A stretch of DNA of 64,000 nt from contig JBAZYN010000001.1 in NCBI GenBank assembly GCA_041659325.1, positions 238,819 to 302,818 on the forward strand. Direction: 5' to 3'. The notes beneath the pieces are model-generated. The model saw only the letters and a list, made by a program, of their open reading frames with translations. It was not told the DNA's origin and made no database searches. How positions within the stretch are numbered: the first letter of the stretch is position 1; each line of letters opens with the position of its first letter. Below are positions 28,779 to 38,220 of the stretch, one piece after another. This DNA is from Candidatus Shapirobacteria bacterium (GTDB lineage: Bacteria; Patescibacteriota; Microgenomatia; UBA12405). The position numbers and the translations under genes were made by a program.

Positions 28779-30325
28779 TGTCTACCATAAAAAAATTAAT
28801 AATCCCAATTCTCCTTCTCATTTTTAGCTTCTGGCAACTAAGCTCACTATCTGACAAAAGATGGCCAACCTCACACGATGGCGTTTTTCATGTCATTCGG
28901 ATCAGAGAATTTTTCTACGAGCTGTCTTCCGGCCACTTTCCTGTTCGTTGGGCCAGTAGGTTAGACAACGGCTATGGTATCCCATTGTTCAACTACATCT
29001 ACCCCGGCCCATACCTCCTCTCATCACTACCCATGTCATTTGGCATAAATGAGGTAAATTCTTATAAAATTACCATTTTTTTTGCATATTTTTTAGCGAT
29101 TTCCGGTTTCTTCTATCTATTTCGCCAAACCAACCGCTTTTTGGCCTTAATCGGTTCACTGATATATGGATTAACTCCATACGTTTTTCTAAATATTTTT
29201 GTAAGAGGGGCCCTGGGAGAAACAATCTCCATGAGTTTCATGCCCTGGGCTCTTGTAGGCATCCTTGAACGCAGAAAAATACTCACCGTTCTATCGCTCT
29301 CATTCATTCTAATCAGCCACAATTTCCTGGGAATTCTTTTTCTCTTTTTTTTGATTCTCTTTTTACTTTGGAATAAAAGACTAAACATTTTTACCGTTAC
29401 AACTATCCTATTGTCTCTTGGTCTTTCCGCTTTCTTTTTGCTACCAATGATTTTCGAAAGGCAATATATTGTTTCAGGCGCTAACAACAATTTTACCTTT
29501 AATTATCAGGAACATTTTCTTTACCTACGCCAGTTATTATATGGAAAATGGGATTACTGGTATTCCATCCCTGGGCCAAACGATGGCATGTCTTTTCAGC
29601 TTGGTTTTGCCAACATTATCATCCTGATACTATCAATCTCCACAATAATTTACAGAAAGAAAATTAACAATCTGTTTTATTTAACCGTTATTTATATTGG
29701 ATCCTGCATCCTAACTCAGGGATTTTCATTTCCGCTTTGGAAACTAATCAGACCTCTCCAAATAGTCCAATTCCCGTGGCGTTTTTTGTTTATAACCACT
29801 ATAATTTCTCCACTTTTATTTTTCGAAAACGCAAGTTATTGGATCAACAAAAAACGGACCATTACTCTCGCCGTTTCAATCGTAATTATCATCTTCGCCC
29901 TAATAAACGTCAGAAACTACCGCCGCCCTATGGATTTCCAATCACCGGAAAAATATAATGTTTATCTTGACCTTTATACCAACAAAACCACCACCGCCAT
30001 CCGCGAAGAAATATCACCCAAGTGGACTCTCAAAGAAAAATTCGCCGGCGACATTTCAAGCAGATTCACTATTTTCCCCGCTAATACAAATCTTTTTACT
30101 ATTCGCAAGAATTATTTTCCAACATGGAAACTTATCGATCTTTCAAAAAACATTGTTATTCCGATTGAGCCTGATGCCGATGGAAATATTACCGCCAAAC
30201 TCTCGGAGGGAACCTACCTGCTCAAAAACGGACAAACCCCCCTGGAGATAATTTCGAATTATATTAGCTTATTCTCCCTATTAGTTCTATTCGCCCCCTC
30301 ACTTCTCCGGGTAGCCAATAGATAA
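28778..30325 (+). CDS. GT-C-like membrane protein (YfhO/PTPS-related type)
   Basis: SHDG.FH..R, G.FPVRW, GYG.PLFNY, VRGALGE, SHN, QFPWRF, YFP.W. Confidence 0.82.
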   Translation: MSTIKKLIIPILLLIFSFWQLSSLSDKRWPTSHDGVFHVIRIREFFYELSSGHFPVRWASRLDNGYGIPLFNYIYPGPYLLSSLPMSFGINEVNSYKITIFFAYFLAISGFFYLFRQTNRFLALIGSLIYGLTPYVFLNIFVRGALGETISMSFMPWALVGILERRKILTVLSLSFILISHNFLGILFLFFLILFLLWNKRLNIFTVTTILLSLGLSAFFLLPMIFERQYIVSGANNNFTFNYQEHFLYLRQLLYGKWDYWYSIPGPNDGMSFQLGFANIIILILSISTIIYRKKINNLFYLTVIYIGSCILTQGFSFPLWKLIRPLQIVQFPWRFLFITTIISPLLFFENASYWINKKRTITLAVSIVIIIFALINVRNYRRPMDFQSPEKYNVYLDLYTNKTTTAIREEISPKWTLKEKFAGDISSRFTIFPANTNLFTIRKNYFPTWKLIDLSKNIVIPIEPDADGNITAKLSEGTYLLKNGQTPLEIISNYISLFSLLVLFAPSLLRVANR

Positions 30326-31506
30326 ACCAATATACCAATCAGCACCGCCCTACCCATCAGAAGTATTTGCCCGGACATATTTTGAATACTTAACGGAAGT
30401 TGGGACATTTCTCTTGCCGCCAAAAAAATCGCATAGTGGAGCGTTGGGTCAAACGAAAATAAAACACAAAACCATCCAAATATAGCTGCCAAATATACCA
30501 TCATCGATTCATTTTTTATTGCCCAGATGACCATCCACGGCATCAACCAAACCAACCATTGAGGGTGAAAATGGGTAAATGCCAAACTGGATAATAACCC
30601 GGCTCCAAAGGCAGTCAAGAAACTAATATTATTTTTCCAAAACAACAACAAAATTACGGAATAAGCAATAAAAAACCACGGAATAGCTGTACCTCCCGAA
30701 ATAGCGATACCGGCATAGGTACTCTTGTTGATTTGATCAGCAAACAAAGAAAAGGCTCTATAGGCCGGAGATCCAAGATACGGCAGTATTCCCAAAAAGT
30801 AAACCAACCCTCCGCAAATACCCGGGGCAATACCTCTCCAAAAATTCTTATTCCTCAAGATACTCTCCATCACCACAATTGGGATCAAAATCAATCCTAT
30901 TGGCTTAATCAAAGCTGAAATCGCCACCATAGCCGCCGTCAGGCAATATTTTTTGTTTTTTCTCGCCAAAAGTGCCAAAACTAGCCAAAAAGCAATCATA
31001 ATATCCACCTGACCCATCATCGAACCCACATAAATTCCCAGTGGATTAAATATCCACAAAATTTGTGCCAGTCGTTTTTTCTTTTGATCAATAAAAAATT
31101 TAGCCAACATAAACACGATCGCCAGATCGGCCACGATCATCGGAAGTTTGTACAACAAAAGCACCCAGTTTACTGACACACTATGAAGTATATCCCAATT
31201 AGTATTCACGATTCCTTCGGCAGTATCCAATATCAACCCCTTAAACGGTAAATAAAACAGCGATGGTAATATATAAGCCAGTGGTTGATAGTTAAAAATC
31301 ATTTTACTCGGCAAATACAAGACACTGCCGTCTTCATTAAACCTAACCGCCTGGTCATAAAACGACCAGATTTTCCCCTCGCCGGCAATATATTTTCCCG
31401 CCAAGGCAAATGCACCCAAATCCGAATGGTAGGTAGTAATAGCCAAAAAAACTCTCAGCGCGATACCGACCACCAACAGGATATAGAAAATTCTATCTTT
31501 AATCAT
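30259..31506 (-). CDS. GT-C glycosyltransferase (GT87-like)
   Basis: TYHSD, FNYQP, KLP..VADL, W.FNP, MGQVD, HPQWLVW. ATG at 31506 preferred over the ORF-track start, which overlaps the opposite gene. Confidence 0.8.
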   Translation of the reverse strand: MIKDRIFYILLVVGIALRVFLAITTYHSDLGAFALAGKYIAGEGKIWSFYDQAVRFNEDGSVLYLPSKMIFNYQPLAYILPSLFYLPFKGLILDTAEGIVNTNWDILHSVSVNWVLLLYKLPMIVADLAIVFMLAKFFIDQKKKRLAQILWIFNPLGIYVGSMMGQVDIMIAFWLVLALLARKNKKYCLTAAMVAISALIKPIGLILIPIVVMESILRNKNFWRGIAPGICGGLVYFLGILPYLGSPAYRAFSLFADQINKSTYAGIAISGGTAIPWFFIAYSVILLLFWKNNISFLTAFGAGLLSSLAFTHFHPQWLVWLMPWMVIWAIKNESMMVYLAAIFGWFCVLFSFDPTLHYAIFLAAREMSQLPLSIQNMSGQILLMGRAVLIGILVYLLATRRSEGANRTNRENKLI

Positions 31507-31551
31507 ATAGCTGAAGTATAACTCGAAAAGAGATTCTAGTATAATTAACCA

Positions 31552-32316
31552 ATGACAACAACCATTTCGATCATCATTCCCTGTTACAACGAAGAAGAAA
31601 ATCTTAAAAGGGGAGTCCTGGATGAGGTCAATGACTTTCTCCAAACTCAAAAGTTTAAATGGGAAGTTTTAATTTGTAACGATGAATCTACCGACAATAG
31701 CCTGAAATTGGTCCGTGAATTTGTCAATAAACACTCGGGGTTCCGTGTTTTAGACCTCCCTCATGGCGGTAAGCCTTCGGCCGTATGGGGCGGAATAAAA
31801 GAAGCTCAATATCCGCTTGTTATTTTCACCGACATGGACCAATCGACTCCCTTAAAAGAAATCAACAAACTTCTGCCATTTTTTAAGTCATATGATGTTG
31901 TTATTGGTTCCAGAGGTTCGCATAGGGAGGGAAATACATTTTTAAGAAAGCTGGGCTCTAAAATATTTCTTTTAATCAGAAAACTCATTTTACTTCACCA
32001 AATTAGCGACACTCAATGTGGTTTCAAGGCAATGAAAATTGATGTTGCCAAGAAACTATTTCCCAATCTCCAGTTCTTTAAAGAAAAGACAGGAAAGAAG
32101 GGGTGGCGAGTTTCTGCCTACGACGTTGAACTACTCTTTATGGCAGAAAAATGGGGATATTCGATTAAAGAAATTCCGGTTGAATGGAAAAATGAAGACA
32201 CCAGCACGACCAAGGGAGATCTAAATGCCCGTTACAAGAAAGAATCAATCCAAATGGCACAAGAAATTTGGAGGGTTATGAAAAACAATCTGAAGGGTGT
32301 ATATGACCAAAATTAG
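31552..32316 (+). CDS. GT2 polyprenol-phosphate glycosyltransferase (Alg5/DPG-synthase-like)
   Basis: IIPCYNEE, NDESTD, GK, FTDMDQSTP, DTQCGFK, YDVELL, EIPVEW. Confidence 0.9.
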   Translation: MTTTISIIIPCYNEEENLKRGVLDEVNDFLQTQKFKWEVLICNDESTDNSLKLVREFVNKHSGFRVLDLPHGGKPSAVWGGIKEAQYPLVIFTDMDQSTPLKEINKLLPFFKSYDVVIGSRGSHREGNTFLRKLGSKIFLLIRKLILLHQISDTQCGFKAMKIDVAKKLFPNLQFFKEKTGKKGWRVSAYDVELLFMAEKWGYSIKEIPVEWKNEDTSTTKGDLNARYKKESIQMAQEIWRVMKNNLKGVYDQN

Positions 32317-33820
32317 AGGGATTCTTCTATACCGATTTTTAACAGTCTCTCTGATTATAGGACTATATTTAGCAACTCGTTTCCAAAATCTCACTTTTAT
32401 TCCTGTATTTGGGGATGAAGCCATATACCTACGCTGGAGCCAAATTATAAAAAATGTTGAAACCCTTAGGTTTATTCCTCAAACTGATGGAAAACAACCA
32501 CTATTTATGTGGATCACGGTGATCTTTTTCAAATTTATCAAAGATCCCCTGGCTGCGGGAAGGACTTTATCGGTACTATCCGGGTTCGGAACGATGATTA
32601 TCCTTTTTGTCACATATTCTATTATTGAAAATTATCATTCCAACAATACCCATCCCCTCAAATTTATTTTCGAATCAATTAACAATCATTTTTTCGTTTC
32701 TCTTATACCGTGCATCATCTACATTTTTCTGCCTTTCTCGTTTTTTTTCGACAGGATGGCCCTACCTGATAATCTCCTTTCATTTTTTGGCATCTTATCT
32801 CTCTTTTTAAGTCTACTACTTTCCAAATTTAGACGCTTAGACCTAGCCTTGCTCCTCGGTTTCGCTCTCGGACTGTCCTGGCTTACCAAATCACCGGCCA
32901 TATATTTTATTGTCCTGTCGGTACTGACTTATGTTTTTTATCTTTCCAAAAACACAAAAACAATAATTCTGCCTGTCATTTCAGTTGTTCTTGCCTTCAT
33001 CATCTACAACATCCTCCGACTTGGTCCGCAATTTCATATGATTGCCTTAAGAAACAAAGACTACGTCTGGACTCTTTCGGAAATTATTCGGCATCCACTC
33101 GATCCTTTGGTTCCACACCTGTGGGATGTTGTACACATATTTTCTCTATATATCTCGATCCCGCTATTCCTAATTGTTTTCCTCTTTTTACAAAATAAAT
33201 TTAAACGCGACCAACTAGTTGTTTTTTTCTGGTTTATATTACCTCTGATTGCCTCTGCCGCCATGTCAAAAGTTTTTACAGCCAGATATATTCTCTTCAC
33301 CCTACCACCATTAATTATTCTTATTTCTCGTGGCGCACAAAGCTTCGTTAGTAATAGCCGTTTTAAAATATTAACCTTTTTGCTGTTGTTTACAATAAAT
33401 TTATCCACCATCTATCAACTATCCTACAAGCCCTTCTATGCCAAACTACCTTCCACCGAACAGGGCTATCTCTCAGATTGGACATCGGGGTGGGGAATAA
33501 ATGAAGCGGCAATATTCTTGAGAGAAAGAGCCAAAGTTTCTAACGTAATTGTTGGGACCGAAGGTTATTTTGGCACTTTACCCGACGGTCTCCAGATCTA
33601 CACCCAAAACACTTCTCAGTTAACCGTCTTTGGTGTCGGATTGGGTTTTAATTTTATTCCGGAAAAACTTATTGATGCCAAAAATCACGGCGATGAAGTC
33701 TATCTGCTCATAAACAAATCCCGAAATAACCTCCATTTTATGGAAATGGAAAAGATAAAACTAATAAAAAGTTTCCCTAAACCACAAAACGACTCTCTCG
33801 ATCTATACCAAATAACCTAG
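32303..33820 (+). CDS. GT-C glycosyltransferase (ArnT/PMT-like)
   Basis: PVFGDEAIY.RW, DGKQPLF.W, GR..SV, DRMAL.D, LTK, RY. Confidence 0.85.
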   Translation: MTKIRGILLYRFLTVSLIIGLYLATRFQNLTFIPVFGDEAIYLRWSQIIKNVETLRFIPQTDGKQPLFMWITVIFFKFIKDPLAAGRTLSVLSGFGTMIILFVTYSIIENYHSNNTHPLKFIFESINNHFFVSLIPCIIYIFLPFSFFFDRMALPDNLLSFFGILSLFLSLLLSKFRRLDLALLLGFALGLSWLTKSPAIYFIVLSVLTYVFYLSKNTKTIILPVISVVLAFIIYNILRLGPQFHMIALRNKDYVWTLSEIIRHPLDPLVPHLWDVVHIFSLYISIPLFLIVFLFLQNKFKRDQLVVFFWFILPLIASAAMSKVFTARYILFTLPPLIILISRGAQSFVSNSRFKILTFLLLFTINLSTIYQLSYKPFYAKLPSTEQGYLSDWTSGWGINEAAIFLRERAKVSNVIVGTEGYFGTLPDGLQIYTQNTSQLTVFGVGLGFNFIPEKLIDAKNHGDEVYLLINKSRNNLHFMEMEKIKLIKSFPKPQNDSLDLYQIT

Positions 33821-33821
33821 T

Positions 33822-35054
33822 ATGAAAAAAATTGGATTTTATTTCCTGATACTTGGTATTTCAGTCATCTATCTTTTGCTAAGAATAAACCGTCTAAATG
33901 AAAATATTGAGTTTAGGCTCGATCAGGGTATTCACTTGCTGGAAACATACCAAATGGTTACTAGCAAAAAAATCAGCCTAATCGGCCCGATGGTCACATC
34001 AAAAAGCCGCGACGGACGAAACTTCTATATCGGTGGAAATTATTACTATGCCCTGGCAATACTTGGCATAGTTAGTGAGTGGGATCCCGTAAAAATAACC
34101 GCTTTCTATAATTTTATCGAACTTACTTTCATAATCTTTTTTATATTTTGGCTTCGTTCAAGATTTAACCCCAATTCCGCCATCATTATCTTTGTTTTTT
34201 TAACCTCATTCTGCTATCTGATCACTCATAGCCGTTTTTTTTGGAACCCGCATTTCCTTATTCCTCTGGGGATATTAGTCACATACTTTATCGATCAATT
34301 TTACCAAAGGCAACAAAACATCTTTTTGCTATTGGCCGCAATAACACTAGGAAACGCCGTGTCATTTCACTACTCCGCGCTAGTATGGACCATTCCGATA
34401 GTCGCTTTCATAATTTTTACAAAATCCAAATCGATCTGGCAAATTCCACTATTCTTATTAGGAACAACGGTTGGAGCCTTACCAATAATAATCTTCGAGT
34501 TAAGACATAATTTTTACAACATAAGAACAATTTTTTTTATTTTTACTCATTTTGAAGAAAACAGGGGATTAACTCCACACTATTTCGTATATCCCACCCT
34601 TATCTTTATTTTATGGTTTTTTGCCTATTTCCAAAACAAATTCAAAGTCAAAAAATACTTTATTATCGCTTCTACCTTTTTCTTATTTCTAATAGGTTTA
34701 CTTATTCCTCCGGTAAGTCCGCTCGACAACCTTTCCGGCTGGGATTACCCATCTCAAAAAAGGGTTGTAGACATTATCACAAAAAACATCTGCCCTGAAA
34801 ATTATAATATCGCCTCCACTGTCGGTGGTGATACCAGATCTTATGACATTAGATATCTGCTTACCATCCGCCACTGCCCACCCAAGGAGGTAGAAACATA
34901 CTCTGACAATCAAACTCTGTTTCTGGTTGCGCCGCCTGACCGGCCTCCGGAGACAGAAAAGGTTTGGGAAGTATCTTCTTTTAAACCGTTTAAAGTTACA
35001 AATCAGCAGGAAATCAATAACCAAATTATTCTTTACCGGCTCGATAAAACCTAA
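33822..35054 (+). CDS. GT-C glycosyltransferase (DQ type)
   Basis: FRLDQG, LIGP, FYIGG.YYY, SRFFWNP, FELRHNF.N. Confidence 0.8.
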   Translation: MKKIGFYFLILGISVIYLLLRINRLNENIEFRLDQGIHLLETYQMVTSKKISLIGPMVTSKSRDGRNFYIGGNYYYALAILGIVSEWDPVKITAFYNFIELTFIIFFIFWLRSRFNPNSAIIIFVFLTSFCYLITHSRFFWNPHFLIPLGILVTYFIDQFYQRQQNIFLLLAAITLGNAVSFHYSALVWTIPIVAFIIFTKSKSIWQIPLFLLGTTVGALPIIIFELRHNFYNIRTIFFIFTHFEENRGLTPHYFVYPTLIFILWFFAYFQNKFKVKKYFIIASTFFLFLIGLLIPPVSPLDNLSGWDYPSQKRVVDIITKNICPENYNIASTVGGDTRSYDIRYLLTIRHCPPKEVETYSDNQTLFLVAPPDRPPETEKVWEVSSFKPFKVTNQQEINNQIILYRLDKT

Positions 35055-35077
35055 GCCATTCATAGTAAAATATAATC

Positions 35078-36793
35078 ATGTTGTCCAAATTAACTAAAAA
35101 ACGATTCTTTTGGCCAATCTTAGTTTTCATCTGTACAATTCCCGCCTTTTCCTTTCTTCTCAAACCAGGTTACTACATCATGCATGATGACATGCAGCCC
35201 ATCCGACAACTAAGCTTTGAGCAATGCTTAAAAGATGGGCAGATACCGTGCCGCTGGTCACCTTATCTCGGTTACGAATATGGCTATCCACTTTTCAACT
35301 ATTACCCCGCACTACCCTATGCCGTTGGTCAAGTATTCAGAGTTTTGGGATTTTCTTTTTTGACTTCGATTAAATTAACCGCCATCCTTCAATTTATATT
35401 CTCTGCTCTCTTCATCTACGTATTTGCCAAAGATATATTTGGTAAATTAGGAGGATTTTTATCATCTGTTTTTTATACATATGCTCCCAATCACGCCTTA
35501 AATATTTATGTCCGCGGGGCAATGAACGAAGCTTGGGCATTGGTATTTCTTCCCCTAATTTTGTTTTTTGCTCATCGGGCAATAACAAAAAACAAAACTT
35601 GTTATTTCATCGGTTTATCGCTTTCTCTTTCCTTTTTAATGCTATCCCACAATCCCACAGTTTTGACCTTTATCCCGATTCTGGTTACCTTTTGTCTTTT
35701 TTGGATATACAAATCAAAACATTTCCGGCCGGAATATTTTCTGAAATTAGCTTTAAGTGGGTTATTTGCCATATGTCTTTCCGCCTTTTTCACTCTTCCT
35801 GTTCTCTTCGAATCAAAACTAGTCCAAATAGAAACAATGTTTACCAATTATTATCACTACACTGCCCACTTTGTTTCTATTTTCCAATTATTTATCAGTA
35901 ATTTCTGGGGAGATGGAGGCTCAATTTGGGGTCCCAATGACGGAATGTCATTTATGGTCGGATATCTCCACTGGTTTTTGCCTGTGCTTATCGTTTTTGC
36001 CGTTGTTTTTATTACTTATAAAACAAAGAAAATAGATACTGTTTACATTTTTACCACTATTCTTATATCCACGGGACTATTCACCACCTTCATGTCCCAC
36101 GAACGCTCGACCTTCCTATGGCAGTTATTTCCCGTAATTCAAAAAGTTCAATTCCCCTGGCGGTTTTTAAGTCTCACCTCTCTTTTCTCTTCCATTTCTA
36201 TCGGAATTATTCCTCTAATACTTTCAAAATATATAAAACTCAAAACGGTTGTTATTATCACCGGCACAATTGCACTTATTACCTTTGCAATTAATTTCAA
36301 CTATTTTCATCCCGTTAGAAGCGGACCAGTATCCGATTTGGAAAAATTCTCAGGTGAAAGTTGGCGTCTACAAACTACCGCAAGCATTTACGACTATTTA
36401 CCGAAAACAGCCTCGATGGCGGCAAAAAAACCAGCTACCAAATTTATTGACTCAATAAACCCCCCATCCGATTACATTATCACTGGACAAAAACAGGGGA
36501 CAGATTGGCTATTTTTCAACCTTATCCTTCAAAAAGATTCTGAAATTATCATTTCCCAACTCGCTTTCCCAAACTTTGTCATTACCGACAACAACCGCCA
36601 AATTAATTACACCATTGATCCTGAACTTGGTCGCATGGTTGTCAACCTCGAAACGGGAAATCATCAACTATATATTAAACTTAAAAACACACCTATAAGA
36701 ACTGTTGGCAACATAATATCGCTTTTAAGTTGGTTATCTGTTCTCGTTTACCTTTCTCTGAATCTATGGAAGAGATCAATATCGAAGAAATAA
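35078..36793 (+). CDS. GT-C-like membrane protein (YfhO/PTPS-related type)
   Basis: MHDDMQPIR, CLKDGQIPCRW, YGYPLFNYY, VRGAMNE, SHN, QFPWRFL, DYLP. Confidence 0.82.
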   Translation: MLSKLTKKRFFWPILVFICTIPAFSFLLKPGYYIMHDDMQPIRQLSFEQCLKDGQIPCRWSPYLGYEYGYPLFNYYPALPYAVGQVFRVLGFSFLTSIKLTAILQFIFSALFIYVFAKDIFGKLGGFLSSVFYTYAPNHALNIYVRGAMNEAWALVFLPLILFFAHRAITKNKTCYFIGLSLSLSFLMLSHNPTVLTFIPILVTFCLFWIYKSKHFRPEYFLKLALSGLFAICLSAFFTLPVLFESKLVQIETMFTNYYHYTAHFVSIFQLFISNFWGDGGSIWGPNDGMSFMVGYLHWFLPVLIVFAVVFITYKTKKIDTVYIFTTILISTGLFTTFMSHERSTFLWQLFPVIQKVQFPWRFLSLTSLFSSISIGIIPLILSKYIKLKTVVIITGTIALITFAINFNYFHPVRSGPVSDLEKFSGESWRLQTTASIYDYLPKTASMAAKKPATKFIDSINPPSDYIITGQKQGTDWLFFNLILQKDSEIIISQLAFPNFVITDNNRQINYTIDPELGRMVVNLETGNHQLYIKLKNTPIRTVGNIISLLSWLSVLVYLSLNLWKRSISKK

Positions 36794-38220
36794 AACAAAA
36801 AACCACCACCAACGTGGTTTTTTTATCTCTAAGAAACATCGGTCTTCAGGCAATTTCCACCATTGGTTTTTTCCTATTAACCATTCTATTGGGCACCGGG
36901 GAAGTCGGTTTATTTGCCATAGTCGCCGAATCTGTCGGTATATTAGGATATTTTTCCGATATCGGCCTTGCTTCAGCTCTTATTCAACAAAAAAATGACG
37001 TCACCAAAGAGGATCTTCAAACTACTTTTCTAATCCAACAGATACTAGTAATAGTCAGTCTGATAGTCATCTCTCTTATTTTTTTTCGACTAAGCGCCTC
37101 AAGATCCTATGGTCTCAAAGAAACTTGGATTTTCGTCTCTTTATGTTTTGCCTTTTTTACTGCCTCTTTAAAAACAATACCATCGGTACTGCTTGAGAGA
37201 AAACTAAACTTTAAATTGATATCCACTGTCGATATCGCTGAAAATATCAGTTTTTATCTCGTCGCTGTTGTCTTCGCATTTTTTCACTTTGGTGCCTACT
37301 CATATGCAATCGCTACTTTTTTTCGAAGCATTTTGGGTCTGGTACTAATTTATCACTTCAGCTCCTGGCCAATCGGTTATTCCTTTTCAAAAACTGCCGC
37401 CAAGCGTTTATTTAAATACGGTATACCTTTTCAGTTAAATTCATTTATAGCCATGGCAAAAGACCGTCTGTCAAATCTTTTGGTTGCCGGAATTATCGGT
37501 AGAGACAGCTTTGGCATTCTTTCCTGGGCTCAAAAAGGACCAAGAATCCCTCTAAGTTTTATGGATGCAATTATGAGAGTCACTTTTCCCACCTTTTCAA
37601 GGTTGCAGGACAAAACCGATCTCCTAAAACGTTCTTTAGAGAAATCACTTTATTTTATTGCCTTATTTGTTTTTCCGGCCCTGGCCGGTATTAGCTTAAT
37701 CGCCCCGGATATTATAAAAATAATCCCTAAATATACAAAATGGTCACCGGCCATATTTCCCCTATATCTCTACGCCGTCTCATATGCAATCGCCGCCGTT
37801 ACTTCTCCGATAACCAACGCTTTTAATGCTATTGGCAAAATCACCACCACCACCAAACTTATGATTATGTGGACAATTCTAACTTGGATTTTTTACCCCC
37901 TGTTAAGCCTTCGATATGGTTATATTGGTACTTCATATGCCGCAGTAATTGTGGGATCGAGCTCCTTTGTCGTTTGGATAATTGCCCACAATATTTTTAA
38001 AATAAATATTCTTAAGATTATCCTTCATCCATTTATTTCGACCATACTTGTCATTGTCAGTCTCATATCTCTTCAGCAACTACCGCTAGCCCCTCTTTCA
38101 CTTCTTATCAGCAAAATAATCATCGGAACTCTGGTTTATCTTTGCTATCACCTAACCGTCAGCCGTAATGAAGTTAATTGGTTTATCTCCCAAACTAAAT
38201 GGTTTTCAAACAAAAAATAG
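36766..38220 (+). CDS. Wzx/PST-family oligosaccharide flippase
   Basis: SDIGL.SALIQ, LER.LNF, RVTFP.FSRLQ; about 12-14 TMs. ATG at 36766 preferred. Confidence 0.88.
   Translation: MEEINIEEIKQKTTTNVVFLSLRNIGLQAISTIGFFLLTILLGTGEVGLFAIVAESVGILGYFSDIGLASALIQQKNDVTKEDLQTTFLIQQILVIVSLIVISLIFFRLSASRSYGLKETWIFVSLCFAFFTASLKTIPSVLLERKLNFKLISTVDIAENISFYLVAVVFAFFHFGAYSYAIATFFRSILGLVLIYHFSSWPIGYSFSKTAAKRLFKYGIPFQLNSFIAMAKDRLSNLLVAGIIGRDSFGILSWAQKGPRIPLSFMDAIMRVTFPTFSRLQDKTDLLKRSLEKSLYFIALFVFPALAGISLIAPDIIKIIPKYTKWSPAIFPLYLYAVSYAIAAVTSPITNAFNAIGKITTTTKLMIMWTILTWIFYPLLSLRYGYIGTSYAAVIVGSSSFVVWIIAHNIFKINILKIILHPFISTILVIVSLISLQQLPLAPLSLLISKIIIGTLVYLCYHLTVSRNEVNWFISQTKWFSNKK

Noticed and set aside
31507-31650. 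N-terminal extension of the 30259..31650 ORF
   Set aside because: It overlaps the divergent GT2 gene; the ATG at 31506 has its own -10 box and starts at the first TM.
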